64,000 nt of DNA from an uncultured bacterium (GTDB lineage Bacteria; Oederibacteriota; JAAXVQ01; JAUVAV01), in contig CAVQBK010000001.1 of the NCBI GenBank assembly GCA_963710755.1, forward strand, positions 192,001 to 256,000. Reading direction: 5' to 3'. The notes beneath the pieces are model-generated. The model was not told the origin of the DNA, did not search any database, and worked only from the letters and a program-made list of their open reading frames with translations. This document shows positions 1 to 9,711 of the stretch, piece by piece. Position numbers and translations under genes: made by a program. How positions within the stretch are numbered: position 1 is the stretch's first letter; every line of letters starts with the position of its first letter.

Positions 1-1
1 G

Positions 2-823
2 CGTAATGAAGATCGGAAAAATATCAATGATATCCGTAATCTTTATATCCAGTCGCCCTTGGATGTGCAAGTGCCGCTTAACGAGGTGGCCTATATAGGT
101 GTAGGGGTGGGTCCTTCGGAGATCAAACGACAAGACCGGCAGCGGTATATCATGGTTACCGCCAATCTCTACAAACGCAGTTTGAATGATGTCATTGCGG
201 AAATTCAAAATAAACTTAAATCTTATCCCGTGCCGGAAGGATATTTCACTTATCTTGGCGGTGAGAGTGAACAAATGGCTGAGTCCTTCAAAAGCTTGGC
301 TTTTGCCTTAGTTCTGGCAATATTACTGGTTTATATGATCATGGCCTCGCAGTTTGAGTCCCTCGTTCAACCTTTTATTATCATGTTCACCGTACCGCTA
401 TCCCTGATTGGTGTCTTTATTCTGCTCTTTTTATCATCTACCCCGCTTTCAATTGTCGTTATTATTGGAATGATTATGTTGATTGGGATTGTGGTTTCTA
501 ATGGAATCATTCTTATTGATTATACCAATGTACTTCGTGAACAGGGGTTGAATGCGGAAGACGCTATCATTCGTGCCAGTAAAATTCGGATGCGACCCAT
601 ATTAATGACCGCCCTGTCTACCATTATTGCCTTACTTCCGTTGGCCCTGTCCATTGGGGCTGGCGGGGAATTAATGGCACCTTTAGCCGTGACCGTAATC
701 GGTGGTCTGGCCTCCTCAACTTTCCTGACCATCATCGTTATTCCGGTCATTTATCTAATTGTCGAGGAGCAACGGGGTAAGCTTTCCTTGTTATTCAAAC
801 GTCCTGCGGAGGAGGCTAGTTAA
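2..823 (+). CDS. RND efflux permease (AcrB/AcrD/AcrF family), C-terminal part; 5' end lies outside the window
   Basis: Frame is open from position 2 (RNEDRKNINDIRNLYIQSPLD...). RND C-terminal motifs: ILLVYMIMASQFES, PFIIMFTVP, RMRPILMTAL, PLAVTVIGGL. Confidence 0.93.
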   Translation, partial: RNEDRKNINDIRNLYIQSPLDVQVPLNEVAYIGVGVGPSEIKRQDRQRYIMVTANLYKRSLNDVIAEIQNKLKSYPVPEGYFTYLGGESEQMAESFKSLAFALVLAILLVYMIMASQFESLVQPFIIMFTVPLSLIGVFILLFLSSTPLSIVVIIGMIMLIGIVVSNGIILIDYTNVLREQGLNAEDAIIRASKIRMRPILMTALSTIIALLPLALSIGAGGELMAPLAVTVIGGLASSTFLTIIVIPVIYLIVEEQRGKLSLLFKRPAEEAS

Positions 824-825
824 CC

Positions 826-3800
826 GTGGGATTGCCTGCCTTTTTCATACGCCGACCGGTGACTATTTTTATGATCTTTTTAGGGATATCCCTAATGGGT
901 GTCATTTCTTTGAGCAAGCTGCCTCTGGAATTGAAGCCCAATACCAGCAATCCCGTGGTGACCATTACTATTCAATATCCGGGCGTTCCGCCCACTGAAG
1001 TCGAGAGTATGGTCACCACCAAAGTGGAAGAAGCAGTGGCCACGGCGTCACATCTTAAAAATATCGAATCCTCTTCGGAGGATGGCAAATCGGAAACCGT
1101 GCTAGAATTTGAACCGGGTACGGATATGAATTTTGCTGCCTTGGAAGTCAGAGAAAAATTTGCCAAGGTCAGAAACCAGCTGCCCAAAGGTATTCGCAAA
1201 CCAATACTGGGAAAATATGATGTGGCCGATACACCGGTGATGATTATCGCCATGCTCTCGGACAACATCACCACGGAAAAAATGCGCCAGCTTGCAGACA
1301 GGGAACTGAAAGAACCCCTTAACCGGGTCACCGGTGTTTCCAATGTTGAGGTTTCAGGCGGGCGGGAGCGTAAAATCCTGGTGGAAATCGATCAAAGCCG
1401 TTTGCAATCTTATGGCCTTTCTATTGAACAGATTGTGAAAGTGCTAAGTGACAACAATATCAACTTACTAGCCGGCCGGATGCAACGAGGAAAATATAAC
1501 TACATGATCCGTACTATCGGGCAATTTCAAACCCTCAAGGGTATTGAAAACATTGGTCTGGCTTCCAACAATGACGGCATGATTATTCGCCTGGGTGATG
1601 TGGGCCGTATTCACGATTCCTATTTGGAAGCTGCCGGTTTTGCCCGATATGATGCAGCGCCCACCGTGTCCATCTATATTCATAAAGAACGTCAGGCCAA
1701 TACGATTGAGGTTTGCGACGGCATAAGAAAAGCGCTGAAAGACTTGGAACCGAAAATAAAAAAAGGTATCCGCATGGTCACGGTCATGGATCAGTCCATC
1801 AGCATAAAAAAGGCTATTGATACTGTGGATGAAGCTTTGATTACCGGCGCTATTTTGGCGGCGTTGATCTTGCTGATATCACTGCGCAGCCTGCGCAGTT
1901 CTTTAATTATTGCGCTTTCCATTCCATTGGCCATTCTCACCACCTTCATTTTCATGTATTTTCAGAAAATTACTTTAAATACGATGACCCTTTCAGGGTT
2001 GGCCCTTGCCTGCGGTAGTTTGGTGGATGCCAGTATTGTGGTCCTTGACAATATTTTCAAAAAAAACGAAGAGGGGTTGCCCATCAAGGAAGCTTCCGTG
2101 GTGGGCAGTGAAGAGGTGGGATTTGCCATAATCGCTTCCACCATCACCACGGTAGTCGTTTTTATCCCCATGATATTTGTCGACAAGGAAATCCGCATGC
2201 TTTTTTCGGGATTGGCCATGACCGTCATATACTCTCTAATGGCTTCCTTGTTCGTAGCCCAGAGTTTACTCCCCGTATTGGCCAGCCAATTACTAAAAAA
2301 TACAAAAAATGAAAAAAAGACGCAATGGACACCCCGGGCCAAGCCGCCGCTCAAACAAGTGCTGATGAACGGTTATCGCCAAATTCTGGCCTTGGCCGTC
2401 CGGAATCGCTATATCTTTTTAGGGGTTCTTCTGGTCCTGCTGGGATTGGCGGTCTTTCTTAACAATAAGTTGGGATCGGAATTCATGGGCAGCGTTGAAG
2501 AGAACAAAGTCACTGTCAATCTGACCCTTCCGGCGGGTACTAAATTGGAAATTTCCAATGAAATTGTGAAGCGTCTGGAACGTTTTTTGGCGCGAGTTCC
2601 GGAAATAAAAAACATTTCTTCCCTGGTAGAACAGAATCGGTCGGAAGTGCATGTGGAATTCAAGTCAGCGGCGCAACGCAAGCGCTCTATAAAAGAGATT
2701 TTAGAAGAACTAAGGCCGCAACTGACTCAGTTCCGGCCCGCTTATGTGTATTTTGAAGAAAAACAGGACGTGGGCACCAAAACCCTGGTCCTTGATCTCT
2801 TTGGTTATGACTATGTGATTTTGAAGCAATTGGCCATTTCAATGGCCAACCGTCTGGAAAGTCTACCGGGCCTTACGGATGTGCGTATCCGCATGAAAGA
2901 AGGCCGGCCGGAAATGCGCTTTATTGTGGATAAAGCCAAAGCTGCTCAATTTGATCTTAATGTCAAGAATCTGGCGGAAGAAGTGAATACCATGATGCGC
3001 GGGGTTATTGCCACCCAATACCATGCGGTTGGCGAAGAAATCGAAACCATTGTCAGACTTGATGAAAAATACCGTAAAACCTTGGACGACATCAATAAAT
3101 TAACCGTGGCCAATCCTAAAGGGGATCAAATATATTTGTCTCAAATCGGCACTTTTTCTCCCGGTTTGGGTCCTTCGGAAATATGGAGAAAAAACAAATC
3201 CCGTATGATTCAAATTTCAGCCACGGTTTCCACTGATCTTGGCTCTACTGTGGCCAAGGTTCGAGATGCCTTATCGGTTATAGAATTTCCCAAAGGGTAT
3301 TATTATCGCTTTGGCGGCAATTATGACAAGATGGTGGAAAGCACCAAACAATTAACTTTCGCCGTAGTGCTAACCATCCTTCTGGTCTACATGGTTCTGG
3401 CGGCCTTTTTTGAATCCTACACCCAACCGTTTATTATTATGATCTCAGTGGCCATGGCCGTCATTGGTGTGGTGGGCGCGTTGTATATAACGGGCAAGCC
3501 TAAAAGCATCGGGGTTTTTATTGGTATGTTAATGCTGGCCGGCATGGTGGTTAATCCTGCCATCATTTTGGTCGATTATATTAATCTTTTAAAAGAAAAA
3601 GGCCATAGCATGTTCAAGGCCATACTATCAGCCTCTCAGAGCCGTCTTAGACCCATTTTCATGACCGTGTCCACAGCCATCCTGGGGCTGCTGCCCATGG
3701 CACTGGATAAAAGTGAAAGCTCTAATTTGTGGTCACCTCTGGCGATTACGGTGGTGGGGGGGTTAATCACCAGTACTATTTTGACGTTGCTGTTTGTACC

Positions 3801-3927
3801 CTGTGTCTATGTTATTTTTAATGATATTAAACTACTCTTTTTGAAAATAGGTGGATTTTTAAAAAAACATCTGCTGGGGTCAGCTAAGCACAATCCGCAG
3901 CCAGATTCAATGATCAATAATCCTTAA
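826..3927 (+). CDS. RND efflux permease (AcrB family), second tandem copy
   Basis: 1033 aa; RRPVT N-terminus, LVDASIVVLDNI (TM4), RLRPIFMT, PLAITVVGGL; typical RND length and hydrophobic pattern. Confidence 0.95.
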   Translation: MGLPAFFIRRPVTIFMIFLGISLMGVISLSKLPLELKPNTSNPVVTITIQYPGVPPTEVESMVTTKVEEAVATASHLKNIESSSEDGKSETVLEFEPGTDMNFAALEVREKFAKVRNQLPKGIRKPILGKYDVADTPVMIIAMLSDNITTEKMRQLADRELKEPLNRVTGVSNVEVSGGRERKILVEIDQSRLQSYGLSIEQIVKVLSDNNINLLAGRMQRGKYNYMIRTIGQFQTLKGIENIGLASNNDGMIIRLGDVGRIHDSYLEAAGFARYDAAPTVSIYIHKERQANTIEVCDGIRKALKDLEPKIKKGIRMVTVMDQSISIKKAIDTVDEALITGAILAALILLISLRSLRSSLIIALSIPLAILTTFIFMYFQKITLNTMTLSGLALACGSLVDASIVVLDNIFKKNEEGLPIKEASVVGSEEVGFAIIASTITTVVVFIPMIFVDKEIRMLFSGLAMTVIYSLMASLFVAQSLLPVLASQLLKNTKNEKKTQWTPRAKPPLKQVLMNGYRQILALAVRNRYIFLGVLLVLLGLAVFLNNKLGSEFMGSVEENKVTVNLTLPAGTKLEISNEIVKRLERFLARVPEIKNISSLVEQNRSEVHVEFKSAAQRKRSIKEILEELRPQLTQFRPAYVYFEEKQDVGTKTLVLDLFGYDYVILKQLAISMANRLESLPGLTDVRIRMKEGRPEMRFIVDKAKAAQFDLNVKNLAEEVNTMMRGVIATQYHAVGEEIETIVRLDEKYRKTLDDINKLTVANPKGDQIYLSQIGTFSPGLGPSEIWRKNKSRMIQISATVSTDLGSTVAKVRDALSVIEFPKGYYYRFGGNYDKMVESTKQLTFAVVLTILLVYMVLAAFFESYTQPFIIMISVAMAVIGVVGALYITGKPKSIGVFIGMLMLAGMVVNPAIILVDYINLLKEKGHSMFKAILSASQSRLRPIFMTVSTAILGLLPMALDKSESSNLWSPLAITVVGGLITSTILTLLFVPCVYVIFNDIKLLFLKIGGFLKKHLLGSAKHNPQPDSMINNP

Positions 3928-3940
3928 CAGGAGTGTAATT

Positions 3941-5896
3941 ATGCAGCATTTTATCAAGATGATGTTCAAGGGCGCGCCGATGTTATTGCTGTTATGGTCT
4001 TTCAATCATGGTTGGCCAAAGCAGGTGCAAGCCGCTGAGAATCGTAATTCGAGTGCAGCCGAAGTCCAACCATTGCAAACCCAAAGCATGGATGAACTGA
4101 CCCAGGATGAATGGGAAGAACTGGCACCGGAAGAATCTACTTCAGATGTGGCACCTGTTCAGGATACGACTACAGCCGATGCAACAAATCCAGATGCCGG
4201 TGCAGCAGAAAACAGTGATGAAGATGATCTTTCTGACGAAGATTTATGGCTGGAACCGGATATAGGCTTGGAAGAAACCCCAGAGGCCGAGGCCACACCT
4301 GTACCGGAAAAAATCCCTTCCGGTACCTTGCCCGAGCCAAAAAAAGAAGACTCCAAGACTACGCCTTCCGTCAAAAAGGAACCAGCTCCTGCTGAAGAGG
4401 AAAATCAAGCAGTGAATCAGGATGTGTCCAATATTGAGGATGAACTTGATGCTGCCGGGTTGGATGAAGAATGGGAGGAAGGCTGGACTTCGGCGGACGA
4501 GGCTGACCTGGATAAAGCTACGGAATTAAAAGAACAACCTGCTGAGACCGAAAGCATCCCCAGCGTATTAACCAATCTGGAGGAGTGTAAACGGGTGGCC
4601 TTGATCAATGATCGCCGTATCCAGGTGGCCTTAAAAGAAATTAAATACAATCGCTATAAACTATTGGAAGCCGAAAGGCAATTTTTGCCCCAGGTTAAAG
4701 CCAGTTGGGAAAAACAAAAGGGGTCTTCTGCCTCCGGCAACGCAGGATCAGGAGATACGGGGTTTGATGGACTGAAATATGGCCTTGAGGCGCAGCAGAT
4801 ACTGTTTAATGGCGGCAAACTCACTTATCAGTTAAAGCAGGCCAAAACCAATCTGGATGTCGCCAAAAAAAAATATTTACAAGCACGTCAGGAAATTATA
4901 TACAAAGTTGAAAAAGCGTACTATGAATTAGTGAAAACACAAATGGCTTTTGAAATTCAAGCGGATTTATCCAAATCCGCGGAATCGGCTTTGTCCTATT
5001 CCCGTGAGGCCTATAGACAAGGTGTGAATTCCTATCACGAATTTCTCAACGTACAATCTCAAACCGACCAGACTTACTATCAGCTTTTATCTTCCCAACA
5101 AGAAGTGGCCCTGGGGGAACTGGGGCTAAGACAGGTTTGCAACATTGACACCACCATTGGCATTCAGATCAATGCCGTCTTGACCTTTACGGATTTTGAA
5201 TTTAATTACTCCCTGGAAGAATGTTTGGAATTGGCCTTTAAAAACAGGCCGGATTTGGCGGTCAATGAACTGACCACACTGGCGGATATTTATGGTATCA
5301 AAATGTCCATGGCTGAAGGTATGCCCAAAATCGAGTTTATGGGCACAGTCGGTAAGAATGGCCAGAGTAAAGCCTCGGAAGCGCTCAATCTCAATGACGA
5401 GTGGTCGGCCAAGCTGCAGGCTACTTGGATTTTAGGGGCCAATAGTTTGCAATATTCTTTGGAAAAGAAGAAAACCGTGCCCACCGAATTTGGCACCACC
5501 GACAATGTCAAGGATTCACAAACCCATGATGTTACCTTATCCATTTTCGACAAATTGGAAAATTTCTCGAATTTAGCCAAAGAAGTGGTCACCAAAACCA
5601 CCTCGGAGGCTGATTTGGTGGAATTAAGAGGTAAAGTGGCTCATGAAGTGGAAGAAAATTATTTTAATTACCAGAAAGCCATGACCATGGTAACGGCCTC
5701 GCTATCCAAGATAAAATTCCGTGAAAAAGATCTGGAAGTGAACCGGGCCAAACAAATGATGAACGAAGTGCCCTTGTCGCAAGTGCTTACCATTGAGCTG
5801 CAACTGGGGGAAGAGAGGGTTAATTATGTACAAGCCTTGTCTGATTACTATACTTCGATTTCAGGGTTGTTTAAGGCCATGGGCTTATCTAAATAG
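3941..5896 (+). CDS. TolC-family outer membrane efflux protein with a long acidic N-terminal extension
   Basis: Follows the RND genes; signal peptide; OEP-type motifs (FLPQVKASW, KVEKAYYELVK, AFKNRPDL, VEENYFNYQKA); SD AGGAG. Confidence 0.88.
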   Translation: MQHFIKMMFKGAPMLLLLWSFNHGWPKQVQAAENRNSSAAEVQPLQTQSMDELTQDEWEELAPEESTSDVAPVQDTTTADATNPDAGAAENSDEDDLSDEDLWLEPDIGLEETPEAEATPVPEKIPSGTLPEPKKEDSKTTPSVKKEPAPAEEENQAVNQDVSNIEDELDAAGLDEEWEEGWTSADEADLDKATELKEQPAETESIPSVLTNLEECKRVALINDRRIQVALKEIKYNRYKLLEAERQFLPQVKASWEKQKGSSASGNAGSGDTGFDGLKYGLEAQQILFNGGKLTYQLKQAKTNLDVAKKKYLQARQEIIYKVEKAYYELVKTQMAFEIQADLSKSAESALSYSREAYRQGVNSYHEFLNVQSQTDQTYYQLLSSQQEVALGELGLRQVCNIDTTIGIQINAVLTFTDFEFNYSLEECLELAFKNRPDLAVNELTTLADIYGIKMSMAEGMPKIEFMGTVGKNGQSKASEALNLNDEWSAKLQATWILGANSLQYSLEKKKTVPTEFGTTDNVKDSQTHDVTLSIFDKLENFSNLAKEVVTKTTSEADLVELRGKVAHEVEENYFNYQKAMTMVTASLSKIKFREKDLEVNRAKQMMNEVPLSQVLTIELQLGEERVNYVQALSDYYTSISGLFKAMGLSK

Positions 5897-5923
5897 CACC
5901 ACCAATCCGGGATTGGTATGGTG
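5897..5923. repeat. Inverted repeat after tolC (possible terminator or REP-like element)
   Basis: ACCAATCC-G-GGATTGGT core at 5901-5917 flanked by CACC/GGTG; no U-tract. Confidence 0.45.
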
Positions 5924-6014
5924 ACTTCCATTCTTATCTGAACGCAACCTGAATTCATGAAACCACTGCTGTTATAAGTCATTTTAAGCTAAAAAATCGC
6001 GTTCGAATAAGCGC

Positions 6015-6042
6015 TTGACAGTGACTGTTTTGCAGGTATAAT
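6015..6042 (+). promoter_or_regulatory. Sigma70-type promoter of the threonine operon
   Basis: Perfect TTGACA (6015-6020), 16-nt spacer, TATAAT (6037-6042) upstream of hom. Confidence 0.85.
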
Positions 6043-6083
6043 GCCGTGATTGTGCCTTGAAAAAGAAAGGAGCTTTGCTTCTG

Positions 6084-7397
6084 ATGAAGAAATCCGTGAA
6101 TGTGGGGTTGATAGGTTGGGGAACGGTTGGAACCGGTGTCTCCAAAATCATTCTACAAAAAGCAGACCTACTGACCTTGAGGTCGGGAATTGAAATTAAT
6201 CTTAAGAAAATTGCTGATTTGGATGTTGGCCGGGACCGCGGTGTGCAGGTTCGTAAAGAGCTGCTTACGACGGATGCCCAAACCATTTTGGATGATCCGG
6301 AGATTGATATTGTCATTGAATTGATTGGCGGGATCGAACCTGCGAAAAGCTTTATTTTGAAAGCCTTAAAAGCAGGAAAACATGTGGTCACCGCCAATAA
6401 AGCCTTGATGGCCAAGCATTGGGATGAATTGCAAAGCGTAGCCCGCCATTCCGGTGCGGACATCTATTTTGAGGCTGCCGTGGGTGGGGGAATTCCGGTA
6501 GTTCAAAGTTTAAATGACGGCTTGGCGGCCAACCACGTCAAGGCTATCTATGGCATTATTAATGGAACGGCCAATTATATCCTTACGGAGATGGCCGGAG
6601 GTTCAAATTATAGCGAAACCCTGGCAAAGGCTCAAGCCAAGGGTTATGCGGAAGCTGACCCAACCCTGGATGTGGGCGGCGGTGATACATTGCATAAGCT
6701 GGTCATCCTATCCTCCTTGGCTTTCGGCAAGGCTATTGATCCCAAAGATGTTTATTTGGAAGGCATTACGGAAATCACGGCTCAGGACATAGAATATGCC
6801 ATGGAAGAGTTTGGGAAATCTATTAAGCTGCTGGGTATTGCCAAACAAACTGAAAATGGCAAAATTCAAATACGTGTACATCCCACGATGGTGTCTGCGG
6901 AGCATTTGCTGGCTAAAATTAACGGTGTTTACAATGGTATTTATGTGGTGGGCGATTCTGTGGGACCGACCCTATTTTATGGCAAAGGTGCAGGGGAAAT
7001 GCCTACGGCTTCCGCTGTTATGTCCGATGTCATCTTTATTGCCCGAAATATTCACATGGGCGTAGCCGGCAAAGTGCCTTCGGTCTATTATCAGCCTGAA
7101 AAAATCGAGCCCGCCCAATTGGAAGTGATCGAAGAATTGAAGGCGCAATATTATTTGCGCTTTAACGTCAAAGACGAAGTGGGCGTCATTGCCAAAATTG
7201 CCGGTGTGTTAGGGGAAAAAGATATATCTATTGAGGCAGTTATACAAAAAGCCAGGTATGAAAATAATATGGTGCCCGTGGTTATCACGACTTATGAAGC
7301 GAAAGAAAAAGCCATCAAAGAGGCCTTGGCCGCCATTGACCAAATGCCTTTTGTCATGAAACCAACGCTGCGCATAAGGATGGAAGACATTGAATAA
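6084..7397 (+). CDS. hom: Homoserine dehydrogenase with C-terminal ACT domain
   Basis: GWGTVGTG Rossmann motif, VVTANKA, FEAAVGGGIP, GYAEADPTLDV. ATG 6084 after AAGGAG is preferred to the track start at 6057. Confidence 0.96.
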   Translation: MKKSVNVGLIGWGTVGTGVSKIILQKADLLTLRSGIEINLKKIADLDVGRDRGVQVRKELLTTDAQTILDDPEIDIVIELIGGIEPAKSFILKALKAGKHVVTANKALMAKHWDELQSVARHSGADIYFEAAVGGGIPVVQSLNDGLAANHVKAIYGIINGTANYILTEMAGGSNYSETLAKAQAKGYAEADPTLDVGGGDTLHKLVILSSLAFGKAIDPKDVYLEGITEITAQDIEYAMEEFGKSIKLLGIAKQTENGKIQIRVHPTMVSAEHLLAKINGVYNGIYVVGDSVGPTLFYGKGAGEMPTASAVMSDVIFIARNIHMGVAGKVPSVYYQPEKIEPAQLEVIEELKAQYYLRFNVKDEVGVIAKIAGVLGEKDISIEAVIQKARYENNMVPVVITTYEAKEKAIKEALAAIDQMPFVMKPTLRIRMEDIE

Positions 7398-8484
7398 TTA
7401 TACCGGATTAATCAATCGCTATCGCGCCCATCTGCCAGTAAATGCCAAAACCCCGGTTGTCACGTTGCATGAAGGGAACACACCGTTGATCCCGGTACCA
7501 TCGTTGGCCCAATTGGCAGGGGCCAAACTGGACGTCTATGTTAAATATGAAGGCCTGAACCCCACGGGGTCCTTCAAAGATCGCGGCATGACCATGGCCA
7601 TTACCAAAGCCAAAGAAGAAGGGGCCAAGGCCGTTATCTGTGCCTCCACGGGAAATACATCGGCCTCTGCGGCTGCATATGCAGCCCGGGCAGGAATGAA
7701 ATGTTACGTGGTTATCCCCCAAGGTGCCATTGCTTTGGGTAAGTTAGCCCAGGCTATGATGCATGGTGCTGTAGTAATCGCAATTGACGGCAATTTTGAC
7801 GATGCTCTGGAGATAGTTAAAGAAATATCTGAAAAACACAAAGTAACTCTTGTTAATTCAATAAATCCATACAGAATAGAAGGTCAGAAAACCGGTTCTT
7901 TTGAAATCGTGGATCAATTAGGAAAGGCCCCTGATTTTCATTTCATTCCCGTAGGCAATGCTGGTAATATCACAGCTTATTGGAAGGGCTACAAAGAATA
8001 TAAAGCCCTGGGCAAGATCAAAAAGCTTCCCAAGATGATGGGTTGGCAAGCCGCCTTGTCTGCCCCCATTGTGAAAGGCCACCCTATAAAAGATCCCAAA
8101 ACCATAGCCACGGCCATTAAAATAGGCAATCCTGCGTCCTGGGCTCAAGCTGTAGATGCCCGCGATCAGTCCAAGGGGTTGATCGATATGGTAACGGATA
8201 AGGAAATTCTTGCCGCTTATGCTCATTTGAGCGGGCTAGAGGGTGTTTTTTGTGAACCCGCATCAGCTGCCTCAGTGGCAGGATTCATTAAATTAGCCCG
8301 CCAGGATTACTTCAAAATCCATTTAAAAAATAAAGCTACCGTTGTGTGCGTGCTCACAGGTCATGGATTAAAAGACCCCGATCGTGCGATTGCCCAATCT
8401 CCCAAACCCAAAAATTGCCCTGCGAAAACGCAGGCGGTCTTGAAATTAATGGGGCTCACTTCCGGTGCAGGCAGGAAAGAATAA
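7390..8484 (+). CDS. thrC: Threonine synthase
   Basis: NPTGSFKDRG (PLP lysine), CASTGNTSAS, PVGNAGN, LTGHGLKDP; coupled to hom. Confidence 0.96.
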   Translation: MNNYTGLINRYRAHLPVNAKTPVVTLHEGNTPLIPVPSLAQLAGAKLDVYVKYEGLNPTGSFKDRGMTMAITKAKEEGAKAVICASTGNTSASAAAYAARAGMKCYVVIPQGAIALGKLAQAMMHGAVVIAIDGNFDDALEIVKEISEKHKVTLVNSINPYRIEGQKTGSFEIVDQLGKAPDFHFIPVGNAGNITAYWKGYKEYKALGKIKKLPKMMGWQAALSAPIVKGHPIKDPKTIATAIKIGNPASWAQAVDARDQSKGLIDMVTDKEILAAYAHLSGLEGVFCEPASAASVAGFIKLARQDYFKIHLKNKATVVCVLTGHGLKDPDRAIAQSPKPKNCPAKTQAVLKLMGLTSGAGRKE

Positions 8485-8485
8485 A

Positions 8486-9688
8486 ATGAAATATATACTT
8501 GTTGTAGGCGATGGTATGGCGGATCACCCTCATCCTGATCTGAATCAGCAAACCCCCTTGCAGGCGGCCCGCATTCCCCATATGAATTATCTGGCACAAA
8601 AGGGCTTAACCGGTATGACGCAAACGCTCTTAGAAGGGTTTCCTCTGGGCTCGGATGTGGCCAATCTTTCGGTATTGGGCTATGATCCTCAGACCTATTT
8701 TACCGGCCGGGCACCGCTGGAAGCCGCCAATATTGGTGTGGATCTGGGGCCTAAAGACATCGCTTTTCGCTGCAATTTAGTTACCGTCAAAAATCAAAAG
8801 ATGGTCGATTATTCGGCAGGCCATATCAGTACAGAAGAGGCCAAACCTCTGATCAAGATGCTCAATCAAAAGTTGGGGTCAGACAAACTGAAATTTTATT
8901 TGGGCACCAGCTATCGACATCTCCTGGTATGGAAAAACGGTCCACTCAAAGCCAAATGCACGCCACCCCATGATATCTCCGGACAGTCGATAGAATCTTT
9001 CTGGCCTAAAGGCGGCGGTCATGCGGAAATCCGGCAATTGATGGAAGATTCGCAGCTGTTATTGATGGGCCATGAAGTGAATCGCGATCGCCGGGCCGAA
9101 GGCAAGCCGGCTGCCTCCATGATTTGGCTTTGGGGACAAGGGACCAAGCCGACCATGCCCACCTTAACGGAAAAATATCAAATCACGGGCAGTGTCATAT
9201 CGGCCGTGGATTTGGTAAAAGGCTTGGGTCGTTATGCCGGACTATCAGTCATAAAAGTTCCCGGTGCCACCGGTTATTTGGATACCAATTACAAGGGCAA
9301 GGCCGAAGCGGCTTTGAAAGCTTTGAAAGATCAGGATTTCGTATTTGTTCATGTCGAAGCGCCTGATGAATGCGGTCATAATGGTGATGTCAAGGGCAAG
9401 ATTCAAGCCATTGAAGATTTGGATGCCAAAGTCATCGGACCCATCTTGGAAGGCCTGCAAGGACAAGAGTTCCGGTTATTACTCCTGCCTGATCATCCCA
9501 CGCCGCTGGATGTATGCACCCATACCAATGAACCCGTACCTTTTATTCTATACCATTCCGCCAACGAACGTGAATCCGGTGTCGATCATTATAATGAAGT
9601 TTCGGCCAAGAAAACCAGTTTGGTCATCGAGCACGCCTGGCAATTAATGGATTTGTTAATTAAGGGGAAAGACCCGGACCGGAATTAG
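8486..9688 (+). CDS. apgM: ApgM-like cofactor-independent phosphoglycerate mutase family protein (proposed homoserine kinase type)
   Basis: GDGMAD, GSDVANLS, HVEAPDECGH, PDHPTP..HT metal motifs of the alkaline phosphatase superfamily; sits inside the hom-thrC-lysC operon. ATG 8486 preferred. Confidence 0.85.
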   Translation: MKYILVVGDGMADHPHPDLNQQTPLQAARIPHMNYLAQKGLTGMTQTLLEGFPLGSDVANLSVLGYDPQTYFTGRAPLEAANIGVDLGPKDIAFRCNLVTVKNQKMVDYSAGHISTEEAKPLIKMLNQKLGSDKLKFYLGTSYRHLLVWKNGPLKAKCTPPHDISGQSIESFWPKGGGHAEIRQLMEDSQLLLMGHEVNRDRRAEGKPAASMIWLWGQGTKPTMPTLTEKYQITGSVISAVDLVKGLGRYAGLSVIKVPGATGYLDTNYKGKAEAALKALKDQDFVFVHVEAPDECGHNGDVKGKIQAIEDLDAKVIGPILEGLQGQEFRLLLLPDHPTPLDVCTHTNEPVPFILYHSANERESGVDHYNEVSAKKTSLVIEHAWQLMDLLIKGKDPDRN

Positions 9689-9711
9689 GCTGAAAAGACG
9701 GAGGAACACTG

